Positions 36,967 to 47,221 are shown, counted from the stretch's first letter. The stretch is 64,000 nucleotides of DNA from a virus (IMGVR_UViG_2907905317_000001:4219-68218); one strand, 5' to 3'. The notes: generated by a model from the sequence alone, not told the origin. Numbers and translations are program-made.

Positions 36967-37386
36967 TCGTGTTTCCGCTTCGCTGTAGCGCCTTTTCGCG
37001 CCAGGTGGTGAGTTCGGTCAGGCTCATGGGATATAATTCTGATGGCGGCCAGTGAAAAATCACCGCGATATCCGCCATCAGGTCATCGACCGACATGTCT
37101 TTCGGGAAATTTAATCCGCCAAATTCGGCGACAAAAAACCGATCACCTTTGTTGCCAGCGCCATCAAATCGGGTAAATCCATCATGACGACATCCGACTC
37201 GGTAAGAGACGGGCTGGTCATACGCGGCAGCACTTTAATCAGAGCATCCACTTCAGAGCGCGCAACGTCGGCCAGGCTTACACCGCGCAGGGTTCCGGCG
37301 TTAGGCTTCATCAGGGTGACTTTTTCGATGACCTGCTCGCCGCGTTTGATGGGGTTTTCCAGGGTGACGATGTTTTCTTTGCTCAT
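36959..37386 (-). CDS. E: gpE (37111..37386) and frameshift product gpE+E'
   Basis: TTTTTTG at 37132-37138; E' frame MADIAVIFHWPPSEL...*. Confidence 0.88.
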
Positions 37387-37446
37387 GATTTTCTCGCTGT
37401 TTACGGATTCGGGGTTAACCGGCCAGGCATGCTGGCCGGGGAAAAA

Positions 37447-37962
37447 TTACAGGCCGATATTGCGGCGGTGCTGGTCGAGCCGGTCGACGCCGTTCACCTT
37501 CTCAATCATGTTGAGGACGTCTATTTCTACCAGCTCTTTACCGTTCATGGTCAGCTTGTAGTACGTGCAGACCAGCGATAATTTGCTGCTGGTATCCTCG
37601 CCCTGTTTGCTCTCGCCGTTATCGACTTCCTTCACCTTGAAACGGGTCTCAACTTCCACCGCCACGGTTTCGCCGGTATCGTCCCGCTGGTAAGAACCTG
37701 CATAGCGCAGTAGCGTCCCGGTACCGACGGCACCATAAAGCGACCAGATCGCGTCATCAGGGAAACCGCCGAGGGAAATCTCCATCGCCAGCGCGTCATC
37801 GTCGAGGCCGAAATCGACAGGGGCCGAGCCTGACATCCCGCCGCCCCGGTAGTTTTCCAGCTTACGGGTCAGCTTTGGCAGGGTGACGGACTCGATAACG
37901 CCAAGATAGCTGACGCCATCCAGAAACGTGTTCAGGTATTTGAGCTTGCGCGGCATTGCCAT
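37447..37962 (-). CDS. FII: Tail tube protein FII
   Basis: MAMPRKLKYLN...NYRGGGM. Confidence 0.95.
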   Translation of the reverse strand: MAMPRKLKYLNTFLDGVSYLGVIESVTLPKLTRKLENYRGGGMSGSAPVDFGLDDDALAMEISLGGFPDDAIWSLYGAVGTGTLLRYAGSYQRDDTGETVAVEVETRFKVKEVDNGESKQGEDTSSKLSLVCTYYKLTMNGKELVEIDVLNMIEKVNGVDRLDQHRRNIGL

Positions 37963-37975
37963 TGGTCAGGGCTCC

Positions 37976-39157
37976 TTAATTGCTGTTAACCGATGACACC
38001 AGATTCGCCAGGTATTTATCGGTAATGCGCTGGCGTAGCGTCAGGTTTTCGAGAGGGGGAACCGGCGTATAGTCGTAATCGATATACAGTTTCCCGGCTT
38101 TGAGGGTCTCCGCGTCGTTGGCAGATTCATCAAACCAGCAGGTCGCATCGACGATATAGCCCGCCGTTTTCATCTCGCGGAATTTCGCATTGATGCCCGC
38201 AACGATGTCTTTAATCAGCGTGGCAGTGATCGGCTTGTCGACCGCCCACATGTGACCAGCGGCCATTGTGTCAGCGATAACCTGCGCGGTGCGGGTGTAG
38301 TTCTCAAACAGGAACAGCGGGTCATCGGAGCAGCAGCGGTTGCCCCAGAAGCGGAAACCGTCTTTACGAATGAGCGTGGTGACGCCAGCCTCGTTAAGCA
38401 GGTCAGCATCGGTGCCGGATTCCTGCAAATCCCAGAAGACCGATGCGCTGATGCCGGTGACGCCATTCACGCCAACGTTTGACAGAGTTTTGTGCCAGCC
38501 GGTGTCCTGGTCGATTTTGGCGCGCAGGCCCAGCGCGCGGGCGGTCGCCCAGGCGGTTTCGGTCGCGTTCGCCGTGGTATCCCATGCCAGAAAATCCGGC
38601 CAGATAACCATCAGCTCACGCTGGCTGAAATTCTCGCGATAGAGCATCGCCTCGGAAATGTTCTGACAATCCCAGGCGCTGATATAACCAAATGCGCGCA
38701 GCTTCTGGCAAATTGGCGCGAGCGCGGTCGCCACTTCGAGAGAATCGAGACCCGGCACGCCGAGGATACGCGGTTTAACGCCGGTAACAGCCTCTGCCGT
38801 GAGCAGCGCTTTCAGCCCGGTATAATTGCCGCTTTCGTCGGTGCCGCCGATGATATTAGACATAGTCTGCACTTCAGCATCATCGCCGGTACCTTCGGCA
38901 ACGCGCACGACGACAATGACCGGTTTCGACTGGTCGGCGATTGCCTGGAGAGATGCGGCCAGGGTGCCTTTTGTACCCGCTTTGGCAATAGCGCTTTGCA
39001 CGCTGGTAATCAGTACGGGCTTATTGAGTGGGAAGGTGGCGGCATCGGCATCGCTGGCCGTGCAGACCATGCCGATAATCGCTGTTGATACGGTGGAAAT
39101 GACGCGGGTGCCGTCGTTAATCTCGACAACCTGGACGCCGTGATGAAAATCGCTCAT
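37976..39157 (-). CDS. FI: Tail sheath protein FI
   Basis: MSDFHHGVQVVEINDGTR... Confidence 0.95.
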   Translation of the reverse strand: MSDFHHGVQVVEINDGTRVISTVSTAIIGMVCTASDADAATFPLNKPVLITSVQSAIAKAGTKGTLAASLQAIADQSKPVIVVVRVAEGTGDDAEVQTMSNIIGGTDESGNYTGLKALLTAEAVTGVKPRILGVPGLDSLEVATALAPICQKLRAFGYISAWDCQNISEAMLYRENFSQRELMVIWPDFLAWDTTANATETAWATARALGLRAKIDQDTGWHKTLSNVGVNGVTGISASVFWDLQESGTDADLLNEAGVTTLIRKDGFRFWGNRCCSDDPLFLFENYTRTAQVIADTMAAGHMWAVDKPITATLIKDIVAGINAKFREMKTAGYIVDATCWFDESANDAETLKAGKLYIDYDYTPVPPLENLTLRQRITDKYLANLVSSVNSN

Positions 39158-39228
39158 CCGTTTAACTCCGTGGTTAAGGGTGAGCATTATTTTCAATCGT
39201 AGGGGAAGGGGTGACGAGTCATCCCCGC

Positions 39229-39246
39229 TGTAACAGGGACGGTACA
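39229..39246 (-). promoter_or_regulatory. Ogr-family site of pF (B)
   Basis: TGT-N12-ACA. Confidence 0.72.
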
Positions 39247-39267
39247 ACAGGAATGACCGTCACAGGG

Positions 39268-40425
39268 TCAGGCGACGCGGCTCCAGCACATCAGCAGGGT
39301 GTGGGCCTCAACCACGCTGAACGATTTACCTTCGCCGAGGTTGGCCGTTTTGCCGCTGGTCGTGTGTTTGTGCGCCGGTACCGTGACTTCGTGTTCGTGC
39401 TCTCCGGCATCATCGGTCACACCCAGCTCTTTCGGGTTAAAGAGCTGCCGCACATCACCGCCAATTTCCCACGGGTCATCTTTACCGGCCACACCACCAT
39501 GATTGTGTTTACCGTTTTTCGTTGTGGTCAGTACCTTCTCAGGCAGCTCGTCGGTTTCGCCGTTCACGTCAATCTGCACAGCGGGCAGGTTGGCGCGCTC
39601 AATGGTCACGGTATCGCTGCCACCGGTGGTGGCAACGTCCGAGCCGTCAGCCTTGCCGACACGGATCGTTTTGTTTTCGCCAGTATAAACCCACCGTGAC
39701 CACGGATAACGCTCGTTAGGGTCGATGTTCTGCGCGTAAAACTTTACCGTTCCGACAGGGTTTTCCAGCTCCCATGATGAGCGGATAGCTGATTCAATAG
39801 CCCGCATTAAGGCCAGCGGTGTTGCTGCTTTATCCTGGTCTTTGCTGTTAATGTCGTTGCTGAGTCGGGTAAACCCTTTTTCGAGCAACGTAGCATCGGG
39901 GTGATTTCGTGAGCCCGCATGTTCACTTAATTGCTCATCGGTATAATCTTTGATTTCATTACCGGTATTAATCAAATCTTCCACGGTTGCCAGTACAATT
40001 CCCGGGTCAACAACCAGTTCAACGGCTTCGCTGCTGCTGACCGCCAGCCAGATGCGGAGAATAGTAAAGCGCCCCGACCCCTCTGCCAGTGCAGGTTTAT
40101 AGGTTTCTGGTACATTGGCAACCGCCATGCAAATTCCCGCATCATCAAACAGCGCTGCCTCTCTGATGGTAAACCCACCCACCTCCGGAGGAATAATCAT
40201 TTCGGCAATAATGATATTTTCTGTATCGGACAATTTCAGGCTGTTCAGTTGGGTGCGAAAACGCTCATTCACTAATGAGGCTTGCTCTTCATCGGGGGTT
40301 GTCGCATTGCCGGCACCATCACCGACCGACATTTGAGAGAAAACAACTTTGCTCCCGTTAACAATGGCTGCTGCAATTTTTTCCCGGCCAGCCTTTGTGA
40401 TTATAGATTTAAAAGCTTTGCTCAT
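39268..40425 (-). CDS. gpH-like short tail fibre/collar protein
   Basis: Near-identical to 2983..4140. Confidence 0.8.
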   Translation of the reverse strand: MSKAFKSIITKAGREKIAAAIVNGSKVVFSQMSVGDGAGNATTPDEEQASLVNERFRTQLNSLKLSDTENIIIAEMIIPPEVGGFTIREAALFDDAGICMAVANVPETYKPALAEGSGRFTILRIWLAVSSSEAVELVVDPGIVLATVEDLINTGNEIKDYTDEQLSEHAGSRNHPDATLLEKGFTRLSNDINSKDQDKAATPLALMRAIESAIRSSWELENPVGTVKFYAQNIDPNERYPWSRWVYTGENKTIRVGKADGSDVATTGGSDTVTIERANLPAVQIDVNGETDELPEKVLTTTKNGKHNHGGVAGKDDPWEIGGDVRQLFNPKELGVTDDAGEHEHEVTVPAHKHTTSGKTANLGEGKSFSVVEAHTLLMCWSRVA

Positions 40426-40461
40426 ATTATCCCCGCCCAATGCCGTACTGATTTATCAAGT

Positions 40462-40701
40462 TTACTTATCAGAAAAGTCATTTTCAAAAACTGCAGATTC
40501 GATATACGCCTCAAATCCATCATTATTTTTCATGTAATATCCGCCCGCCTTTGGTTTTTCCCGCACAACATAATCGGCGCTTACGATAAGCTCATTACCT
40601 AAATCATCTTTCAGAACAGCCGAGTAATCTTCGGCTATAGCGACAGATGCTATCTTTAAAGCCTGTACGGTTCTTGTTGAGCGGTATAACGATAAGGACA
40701 T
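40462..40701 (-). CDS. Small hypothetical protein in tail module
   Basis: Near-identical to 4177..4416. Confidence 0.7.
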   Translation of the reverse strand: MSLSLYRSTRTVQALKIASVAIAEDYSAVLKDDLGNELIVSADYVVREKPKAGGYYMKNNDGFEAYIESAVFENDFSDK

Positions 40702-40708
40702 AATCACC

Positions 40709-42793
40709 TCACGCAAAAAAATTGATGTTAACAGTCACCGCGGATGCGGTTCTGTTTTCAAGATTGATATACTGATTATTCTGATACACACACAGCTTGC
40801 CGGTGACAGATGCATCAGGCTGATCCCTTGATAAATTAACACCAGAGCCAGTTTTAATTTCACTGGGTGCCCACCCCGGAACATTAAAGAACATCGCAAA
40901 TAGTTGGTTATTGTTTTCCGCCCCGCTAATCAGATAAGTTCCGCGCCGCTCCAGTGCCCCGACACCTACGTTAACCGTCGCCACTGCCCCGGCCTGAATG
41001 ATGTACTGCTGACCGCGCAACGCCTTAAATGATGCATGTCCGGCACTGGTGATATCCCACGCCTTTTGCTGGGGAGTGGATAAATCCTGCGTGTTGGAAT
41101 ACATCGCAATAATCCGTGCGATAGTGTCCGTTTCCCCCGGTGGGATGAAGGTTTCTGCAACCAGATCGAATACTTTTTGCAGGTCATTTAAAGGAGCCAC
41201 TCTCAGTCTGTCGCCTACAGAGCTCATCGAGGTAAATGAGTTGACTGTCGCTCCCTTAAATGAAATTTCACGTAACCCATTATTGCTTCTTGAAACGTCA
41301 ACTGAAGACAGTAAATCAGTGCGTGAAGTCTCCTTCCCGGTATCAATGTAGCTGTCACACCGCCAACCTTTATGCGTACCAACAAACTTAAACAGGGGAG
41401 CAACGGTGTCACTGCGTGGCCCGATATGCTGAATCTGACCACCATCAATGTGGATGTTGACACCATCCGACGAGTACACCGCTGGCGCAGCGAGAGAAGG
41501 GTCGAGGTATAACCCTTTATCCACGGAGCCATTGTTTCGGTTGAATGCCGGATTGATGACTTTGATATTTTTTCCATAGGATGAATAAAAAATATGGCAA
41601 CGCAGATTAACAGGCTCAATATGCGGCTGAATGAGGGTGATGTTATGGTTTACCCGCGAACCAGTCTTATATGACATATCAGCAAAGGCGCGACACAGGT
41701 TTTCACCTTTATACTGACAGCTTTCAATATGTGTTCTGATAAACAACAGGTTATTACTGTTGTCTACATCATGAATGCCTATGCGAATGCCTGATGTCTG
41801 GAAATTATGGACAATGACATCCTGGAAAATTGAGTCCCAGCAGTGCTCAATGTTCAGACCCCATGGGCTCCCATTGAAGCGTACATCCCCCATATAACCG
41901 AGCCTGGCCGCAGAGATGTCAGTACTGCGTCCAAGCTGCATGAGGGGTATCGTGCTATCCCGGTATGCGGCATCATCCCCCTGTAGCACGCGCTGCACAC
42001 TAAATTTATCAAAATAAAAGCGGCATGTACTGAAATGCATTTCCACGCCAACCAGACTGTCTGTCCAGAAAATAGTTTTATCGTGTCCGTCACCAACCAG
42101 CGAATACATGGACATGTTTGTTGTTGAACCGGAGGAATCCAAATTTACAAACTCAGGCATTTTCTGAAAGTAATATCTCCCGCCTGGTGCATAAACCTGC
42201 CGCTTATATTTTGCACCATCAACCAGCGCCTGAATCAGGGCGGGTGTCCAGTCAACGACTTCAGCCCCATCAACAATAGTATCGAGCGCCAGATGTCGAT
42301 ATTCCCATAAATTAACCTTCCCGGCGTTCAGATAAGTGGCGACATTGTTGATAAGTTCAAGTGCCCACTGGCGCTGATATGCTGACAGATAGGCACCAAA
42401 ACCCACCTCCTCAGAGCGCATTTCCTTTCTGATGACAGCGTCAGATGTATAAGCCCAGCAACCGGCACCAATTCCGCCCGTCCCTTGTGGCGTGCTGCCA
42501 GCCAGAACCGTTTTCGGAAACGCCCCTGTCCACACCAGGCGATAACTGTCGAACAGGATTTCTTCACGCGGCGATTCCAGGGTCGCGCCCTCGGCGAATG
42601 TCTTTACCGCACTGACTTTTTCGGCGATCGATTCATCTGCTTTGTCGGCCTGGTCTTTAAGATACCGCGTACGGTTTGCCAGGCTTTTCAGTGGGCGGTT
42701 TGCTGGGCCATCCAGTCCCCCGGCGACGCGCTCGCTCCGGGAGATCATCTCAATCTCTTCTTCCCACGATGAGGACTCTGGAAGTCTGGTCAT
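40709..42793 (-). CDS. Tailspike / putative capsule depolymerase
   Basis: Near-identical to 4424..6508. Confidence 0.8.
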   Translation of the reverse strand: MTRLPESSSWEEEIEMISRSERVAGGLDGPANRPLKSLANRTRYLKDQADKADESIAEKVSAVKTFAEGATLESPREEILFDSYRLVWTGAFPKTVLAGSTPQGTGGIGAGCWAYTSDAVIRKEMRSEEVGFGAYLSAYQRQWALELINNVATYLNAGKVNLWEYRHLALDTIVDGAEVVDWTPALIQALVDGAKYKRQVYAPGGRYYFQKMPEFVNLDSSGSTTNMSMYSLVGDGHDKTIFWTDSLVGVEMHFSTCRFYFDKFSVQRVLQGDDAAYRDSTIPLMQLGRSTDISAARLGYMGDVRFNGSPWGLNIEHCWDSIFQDVIVHNFQTSGIRIGIHDVDNSNNLLFIRTHIESCQYKGENLCRAFADMSYKTGSRVNHNITLIQPHIEPVNLRCHIFYSSYGKNIKVINPAFNRNNGSVDKGLYLDPSLAAPAVYSSDGVNIHIDGGQIQHIGPRSDTVAPLFKFVGTHKGWRCDSYIDTGKETSRTDLLSSVDVSRSNNGLREISFKGATVNSFTSMSSVGDRLRVAPLNDLQKVFDLVAETFIPPGETDTIARIIAMYSNTQDLSTPQQKAWDITSAGHASFKALRGQQYIIQAGAVATVNVGVGALERRGTYLISGAENNNQLFAMFFNVPGWAPSEIKTGSGVNLSRDQPDASVTGKLCVYQNNQYINLENRTASAVTVNINFFA

Positions 42794-42797
42794 ACTC

Positions 42798-43394
42798 TTA
42801 CCCGTAATTAAAATTGCCATCGTGAAAAATCACGCCGTTGTAAGTAATGTTCTCTTCCGGCTCAAAATCGGCCGGATAAATACTGATAATGTCGCCGCTG
42901 CAAAGAGTTGAGCCGACATGAATATCACCGAGCACTTTTGTGGATATATTGAGCTGTGCCAGATGTCGGCTAACGGGTTTTGTAACATCAATCAACCGGT
43001 TCAGTTCGTCCAGCATCCTAGGTGTGATACCGATATCACCCACATCGACCTCAAGCCGGAATGTTCCTGCCGGATCAGCAACATCCCACCACTCCTCGAT
43101 TGACATGGAGTAACCCATTTTTTCGACTATATGGCGGATTGCAGCGATGGTCCCTTTTCTCTGATGGAGCCAGAATGATTCACTGACAGCCGTTCTTTTC
43201 TCCTGATCACTCCAGCTTTCATCCCAGCTATCAACGGAAAACGCCCACGCCAGATAGGGCAGAAAACCAGCCGGGCATTTCCACGGATTCCACAAATCAC
43301 GCAGCGGCACGGATAAATCGCTGATAGAGGCGCATGCGGCAGCGGCTCGTTGTTCCAGTAACGACGACCCGGTCGCCATCAACGAATTATTCAT
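42798..43394 (-). CDS. I: Tail protein gpI (mosaic)
   Basis: N-terminus differs from A; near-identical to A from SESFWLHQRKGT onward. Confidence 0.9.
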   Translation of the reverse strand: MNNSLMATGSSLLEQRAAAACASISDLSVPLRDLWNPWKCPAGFLPYLAWAFSVDSWDESWSDQEKRTAVSESFWLHQRKGTIAAIRHIVEKMGYSMSIEEWWDVADPAGTFRLEVDVGDIGITPRMLDELNRLIDVTKPVSRHLAQLNISTKVLGDIHVGSTLCSGDIISIYPADFEPEENITYNGVIFHDGNFNYG

Positions 43395-44295
43395 CCGAGC
43401 CCCCGATGATGACGCGTGTGTCGGTGCAATATGCGGCCTGCGTTTTATCCAGCACCACATCGGCCATCGGTTCGCGCAGCTCGACGCGCTGAACCCCCTG
43501 CACATGCAACGCGGCGTAAATCGCTGACATCCGGATGTCACGACCGAGGCGACGCTGCTCAGTGATATAGGCGGTCAGTTGTGTTCTGGCGGCAGCCAGA
43601 ATCGGCTCGGTCGCCGGGCCGGGGTACACGTACAGCACGGCGTCGACCGCATAAGGGATAATCTCAGCCGAGACCACCGTCAGGCGGTCACCGACCGGGC
43701 GCACCGTCTCATCATTCAGCGCCGTACTGACGACCAGCAGCAAATCATCCGATGCCGTGCCGTCACCTTCCCGCGACAACACCGCGACAGTGACTTCTGC
43801 GGGGGCGGGACTGTTCGCCGTGGCATCCGCCACACGACCATCTGCGCTCATGGCGTGAAATTCATAGGCACCGGCAGGCCCGGCAACGCTCATCCCTTCA
43901 AAAGCCGCCGGGATGCGCTGACGTAAATCGCTGTCGGACTCCATGACCGCCGCCACCGGTGGGATTTGGGTGTCGTCTCCGGGGGTGATGACCAGGCGTT
44001 CAACGTTATTATTTGCCGCGAGCTGGTCGAGGTCGTTTTTGATGGCATAGGCCACCATCCCGGCTTTCGCCGCTTCGTTAATGCGCTGGCGTAAAATCAC
44101 CTCGCGGTAGGCATTCTCTTCCAGATATTTCACCAGTGGCTCTGACTCCAGCGTCAGCGCTCTGGCGACCGCCTCCTGCTCATCCTCCGGGTAGAGCGAA
44201 ACCAGCGTGGCCTTGCGCTCTGCTAGGATGGTTTCAAAATCCAGCGTTTCCACCACATCAGGCGCGGGGAGCTGGCTCAGGTCGATAACTGCCAT
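43387..44295 (-). CDS. J: Baseplate protein gpJ
   Basis: MAVIDLSQLPAP..., 302 aa. Confidence 0.95.
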   Translation of the reverse strand: MAVIDLSQLPAPDVVETLDFETILAERKATLVSLYPEDEQEAVARALTLESEPLVKYLEENAYREVILRQRINEAAKAGMVAYAIKNDLDQLAANNNVERLVITPGDDTQIPPVAAVMESDSDLRQRIPAAFEGMSVAGPAGAYEFHAMSADGRVADATANSPAPAEVTVAVLSREGDGTASDDLLLVVSTALNDETVRPVGDRLTVVSAEIIPYAVDAVLYVYPGPATEPILAAARTQLTAYITEQRRLGRDIRMSAIYAALHVQGVQRVELREPMADVVLDKTQAAYCTDTRVIIGGSDE

Positions 44296-44299
44296 AGAT

Positions 44300-44647
44300 T
44301 CAACTCACAGGAATGGTTAAAGAAAGGCTCTCGCCGGTATCGGTGATTTGTCCGGTCACCTCGACGACCATCTGGCCGTTAAACTGCCGCTCGGTAGTGA
44401 TACCGGTCAGCCTGACACGCGGCTCCCATTTGAGAATCGCCATGTAGCACGCCGCCATAATTTGCAGCTCAAGCGCCGGGGTCTGGGGCTGGTCAGTCAT
44501 CTGCGACAACAGCGAGCCGTACTCACGACGCATGACGCGGGAACCAACGGGCGTGCGCAGAATATCCCCGATGCTCTGGCTGATATGGTCCACGTCTGCA
44601 ATACGCTCGCCGGTCGCGCGGTTCATACCGAGGTAACGGGCGGTCAT
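44300..44647 (-). CDS. W: Baseplate protein gpW
   Basis: HISQSIGDILRTPVGSR...WEPRV. Confidence 0.95.
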   Translation of the reverse strand: MTARYLGMNRATGERIADVDHISQSIGDILRTPVGSRVMRREYGSLLSQMTDQPQTPALELQIMAACYMAILKWEPRVRLTGITTERQFNGQMVVEVTGQITDTGESLSLTIPVS

Positions 44648-45285
44648 CGGGTCCCCTCCGTCCATTCATCGCCGCGCCTGATGCCGCCGTGACCGTGTTT
44701 ATCCACCTGAACACCATTGGAAGTGAAAGCACCGCCGCTGTGCTCGATATCGCCGGACATCCTGCCGCCCTGCTTCACCTCGAGTGTGCCGGTCGTCAGC
44801 TTGTTGGTGCAGACCACCTCCGGCGTATCGAGGGTGACGCGGGTGGAGGCTTTGACCAGCACCACCGGCACGCTGACGGCAACCGAACCGGATGCGGTCA
44901 CATCGGCCGTTTTAATGCCGGTGACGGTCAGCGCGCCGGTTTCAGGCTCATAACTCATGACAGCACCGTCGGGAAACTCAACGTGCCAGGCATCCGCCGA
45001 GGCCGAGGGTGCGGGGTTGTCGTCGGAATAAATGCCAGGCAGCACAAAAGCGGTATCGAGCTCACCGCCCACGGCCAGAATCATCACCTGTTCACCAACT
45101 GAGGGAGCCCACCAGGTGCGTGAGCGCCCTGCGCGGTGGGTCAGCCACTGGAGCCAGTCGGTATAAATGCCGCCGGTCTGCACGCGACAGCGCCCGGCGT
45201 CGAGGTCAGTTTCGACGACGATGCCGGTGCGGATCATGTTGCGTATCGCCCGGGCGAGTTCCTGGATAGATGCGAGAGTATTCAT
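44644..45285 (-). CDS. V: Baseplate spike gpV
   Basis: NMIRTGIV...WWAPSVGEQV...HGH. Confidence 0.95.
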   Translation of the reverse strand: MNTLASIQELARAIRNMIRTGIVVETDLDAGRCRVQTGGIYTDWLQWLTHRAGRSRTWWAPSVGEQVMILAVGGELDTAFVLPGIYSDDNPAPSASADAWHVEFPDGAVMSYEPETGALTVTGIKTADVTASGSVAVSVPVVLVKASTRVTLDTPEVVCTNKLTTGTLEVKQGGRMSGDIEHSGGAFTSNGVQVDKHGHGGIRRGDEWTEGTR

Positions 45286-45484
45286 GAGGATAAGAATGCA
45301 GTTTGAAACTGGTCAGGACAATAAATCCTAATTTGGTGGTCCATGGCACAACAATTAGAACGTCTAGTTATATAACATTCACAGTTAGGTTTTATTAAAA
45401 TTAGCACCAACAATATATTGCTGTATCTAAAATAACGATGGTACCTTGAGTGATAAATAAAACACAACAACAGGAACAATATGT

Positions 45485-46738
45485 ATGACAAAGTGCATAA
45501 TATGCCGACTTGAAAAAGACAACATGTCTGACGAGCACGTCATCCCTGAGTCACTCGGTGGGTACTACCATATTTTCAATGTCTGCGCCGACTGTAATTC
45601 AATGCTTGGCGCGAAGGTTGATGCGCATTTAATTAACAATAAGTTCGGTGAATTTTATAGAAGCACTTATAATCTAAAAGGAAAAACCGGCAACATACCA
45701 AATCCTTATGAGGGGACATTTTCAAGCATCGAAGACCCTGAAAGAAAATCAAAATTCAAAAGAAATGAAGACGGTAGTTTTGAGCCACACCTGCTACCAT
45801 ACATTAAAATTAAAAAAGATGAAAATGGTGCAATAAATCAGATTTTGATAGAGGTTGACGAAAGTGAGAAGGACAGCGTGGGGAAATTGATTGAAAAAAT
45901 ACTCAACAGAAACGGACTAAAGAAAAGCGATATTAAAAAAACAACATCTGGAACAGTAAGTAATGTGCATCAACATAAAATCACATGGTCAATAAATTTA
46001 AATGAAATAAATCTTGGGGCATTAAAAATAGCCTATGAATTTGCCGTGGACTCTATCCCTTCGTACTTCAATGATAAAATGGCGACTCAAATATCAGATG
46101 TGCTTTTTAATGCTGATGCAGACAAAGCAAAAGAGTATATCTTAATAGGAGATGGATTCGATAAGCGTATTATTGAACCATTTGAAAGCATCTTTGACAT
46201 AGAGAAAAACAAACACTATCTCATGTTGCTAAACTATGACAGCAAGCTTTTTTGTCTAATCATAATTAATTGCGTTTACTATATAGGAATTAAGCTTTCC
46301 GACTCAACGTATTTTGAATTTAAATCTTCAATAATTGGTGTTAATGATGTCGATAATGGAACATTCAACAGGCTAACATTACAAGAAGCTTTTGATGTCT
46401 GTATGGGTCCGATAGAATACACATTCTATAATAAAGGTGAGCCTTTAACATTAATGGAGGCCGATTTTAAACCTGTGGAATACCCCACCCATTTATTTAA
46501 GAAAGATGTAATCCCACTATATGATAAAAACAAGACACCCATATCAACAGTTCATGAAGTGTTAGGCTCGCTAAATCCATATGATTACCATAAAGGCGAG
46601 GTTACAAAACATTCATCATCATTCTCATTGCCATTAAAAAACCACATTCACGAGTATTACATCAAATCACAAAGCACAGGACACATTTACCCTGTCGATA
46701 CTATAGAGATAGTACAAAAATGGAAAGGTAGAATTTAA
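45485..46738 (+). CDS. HNH endonuclease-domain protein (moron)
   Basis: CIIC...EHVIPESLGG...VCADCN at N-terminus; AT-rich; V-S position. Confidence 0.85.
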   Translation: MTKCIICRLEKDNMSDEHVIPESLGGYYHIFNVCADCNSMLGAKVDAHLINNKFGEFYRSTYNLKGKTGNIPNPYEGTFSSIEDPERKSKFKRNEDGSFEPHLLPYIKIKKDENGAINQILIEVDESEKDSVGKLIEKILNRNGLKKSDIKKTTSGTVSNVHQHKITWSINLNEINLGALKIAYEFAVDSIPSYFNDKMATQISDVLFNADADKAKEYILIGDGFDKRIIEPFESIFDIEKNKHYLMLLNYDSKLFCLIIINCVYYIGIKLSDSTYFEFKSSIIGVNDVDNGTFNRLTLQEAFDVCMGPIEYTFYNKGEPLTLMEADFKPVEYPTHLFKKDVIPLYDKNKTPISTVHEVLGSLNPYDYHKGEVTKHSSSFSLPLKNHIHEYYIKSQSTGHIYPVDTIEIVQKWKGRI

Positions 46739-46740
46739 AT

Positions 46741-46767
46741 AAAAAAGTAGCCTCAATTGAGGCTACT
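46741..46767 (-). terminator. Palindromic terminator at end of S
   Basis: Perfect 22-bp palindrome AGTAGCCTCAATTGAGGCTACT plus A-run. Confidence 0.75.
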
Positions 46768-47221
46768 CAATATTTAGCGAAACCCATTGAACAACAATGT
46801 CATTTATATCGCTTTCTGTTTGGCTATTAAATCCAAGTAGTGCTCTTTTTTCATATTTGACCAAACGACTGTTTTTCTGCGGTTTATCTGATAACCCGTT
46901 CTGATGTACGCGGGCGATGCGCTGCACTTTCCCCGTAAATTCCACCACCGCCGCACTGTCGTTACCACTCGCTTTCATATAGCGGTTGGTACGCAGTTTC
47001 ACGAACATTTCTCGCTTAATACGGCCTTTTTTTGCTCCTACAGGCTGGCGCTTACGCGGGGCGAACGGCGAACCGTCCGGCGCTTTCTGCGATTTTATGC
47101 GCTGTTGTTGCCGCTGGCGCAGTTTCTTCGCAATGTCGACGGTCATCCGACGCCGCCCGGCAGGAGAAAGGGCCGCTATCAACCCGGCGAGCTTGTCCTC
47201 AAAGGGTTTGAAGTCATTCAT
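46763..47221 (-). CDS. S: Tail completion protein gpS
   Basis: QKAPDGSPFAPRK...IARVHQ. Confidence 0.92.
   Translation of the reverse strand: MNDFKPFEDKLAGLIAALSPAGRRRMTVDIAKKLRQRQQQRIKSQKAPDGSPFAPRKRQPVGAKKGRIKREMFVKLRTNRYMKASGNDSAAVVEFTGKVQRIARVHQNGLSDKPQKNSRLVKYEKRALLGFNSQTESDINDIVVQWVSLNIE

Larger units (their letters stand above)
39268..43186. repeat. 3.9-kb tail module repeat of 2983..6901
   Basis: Colinear at offset 36,285; proteins nearly identical. Confidence 0.95.

Noticed and set aside
2983-39267. Origin of the tandem by homologous integration of one phage through the tail module
   Set aside because: The arm repeat right of the junction matches int B's end, not A's arm, which fits site-specific tandem integration.
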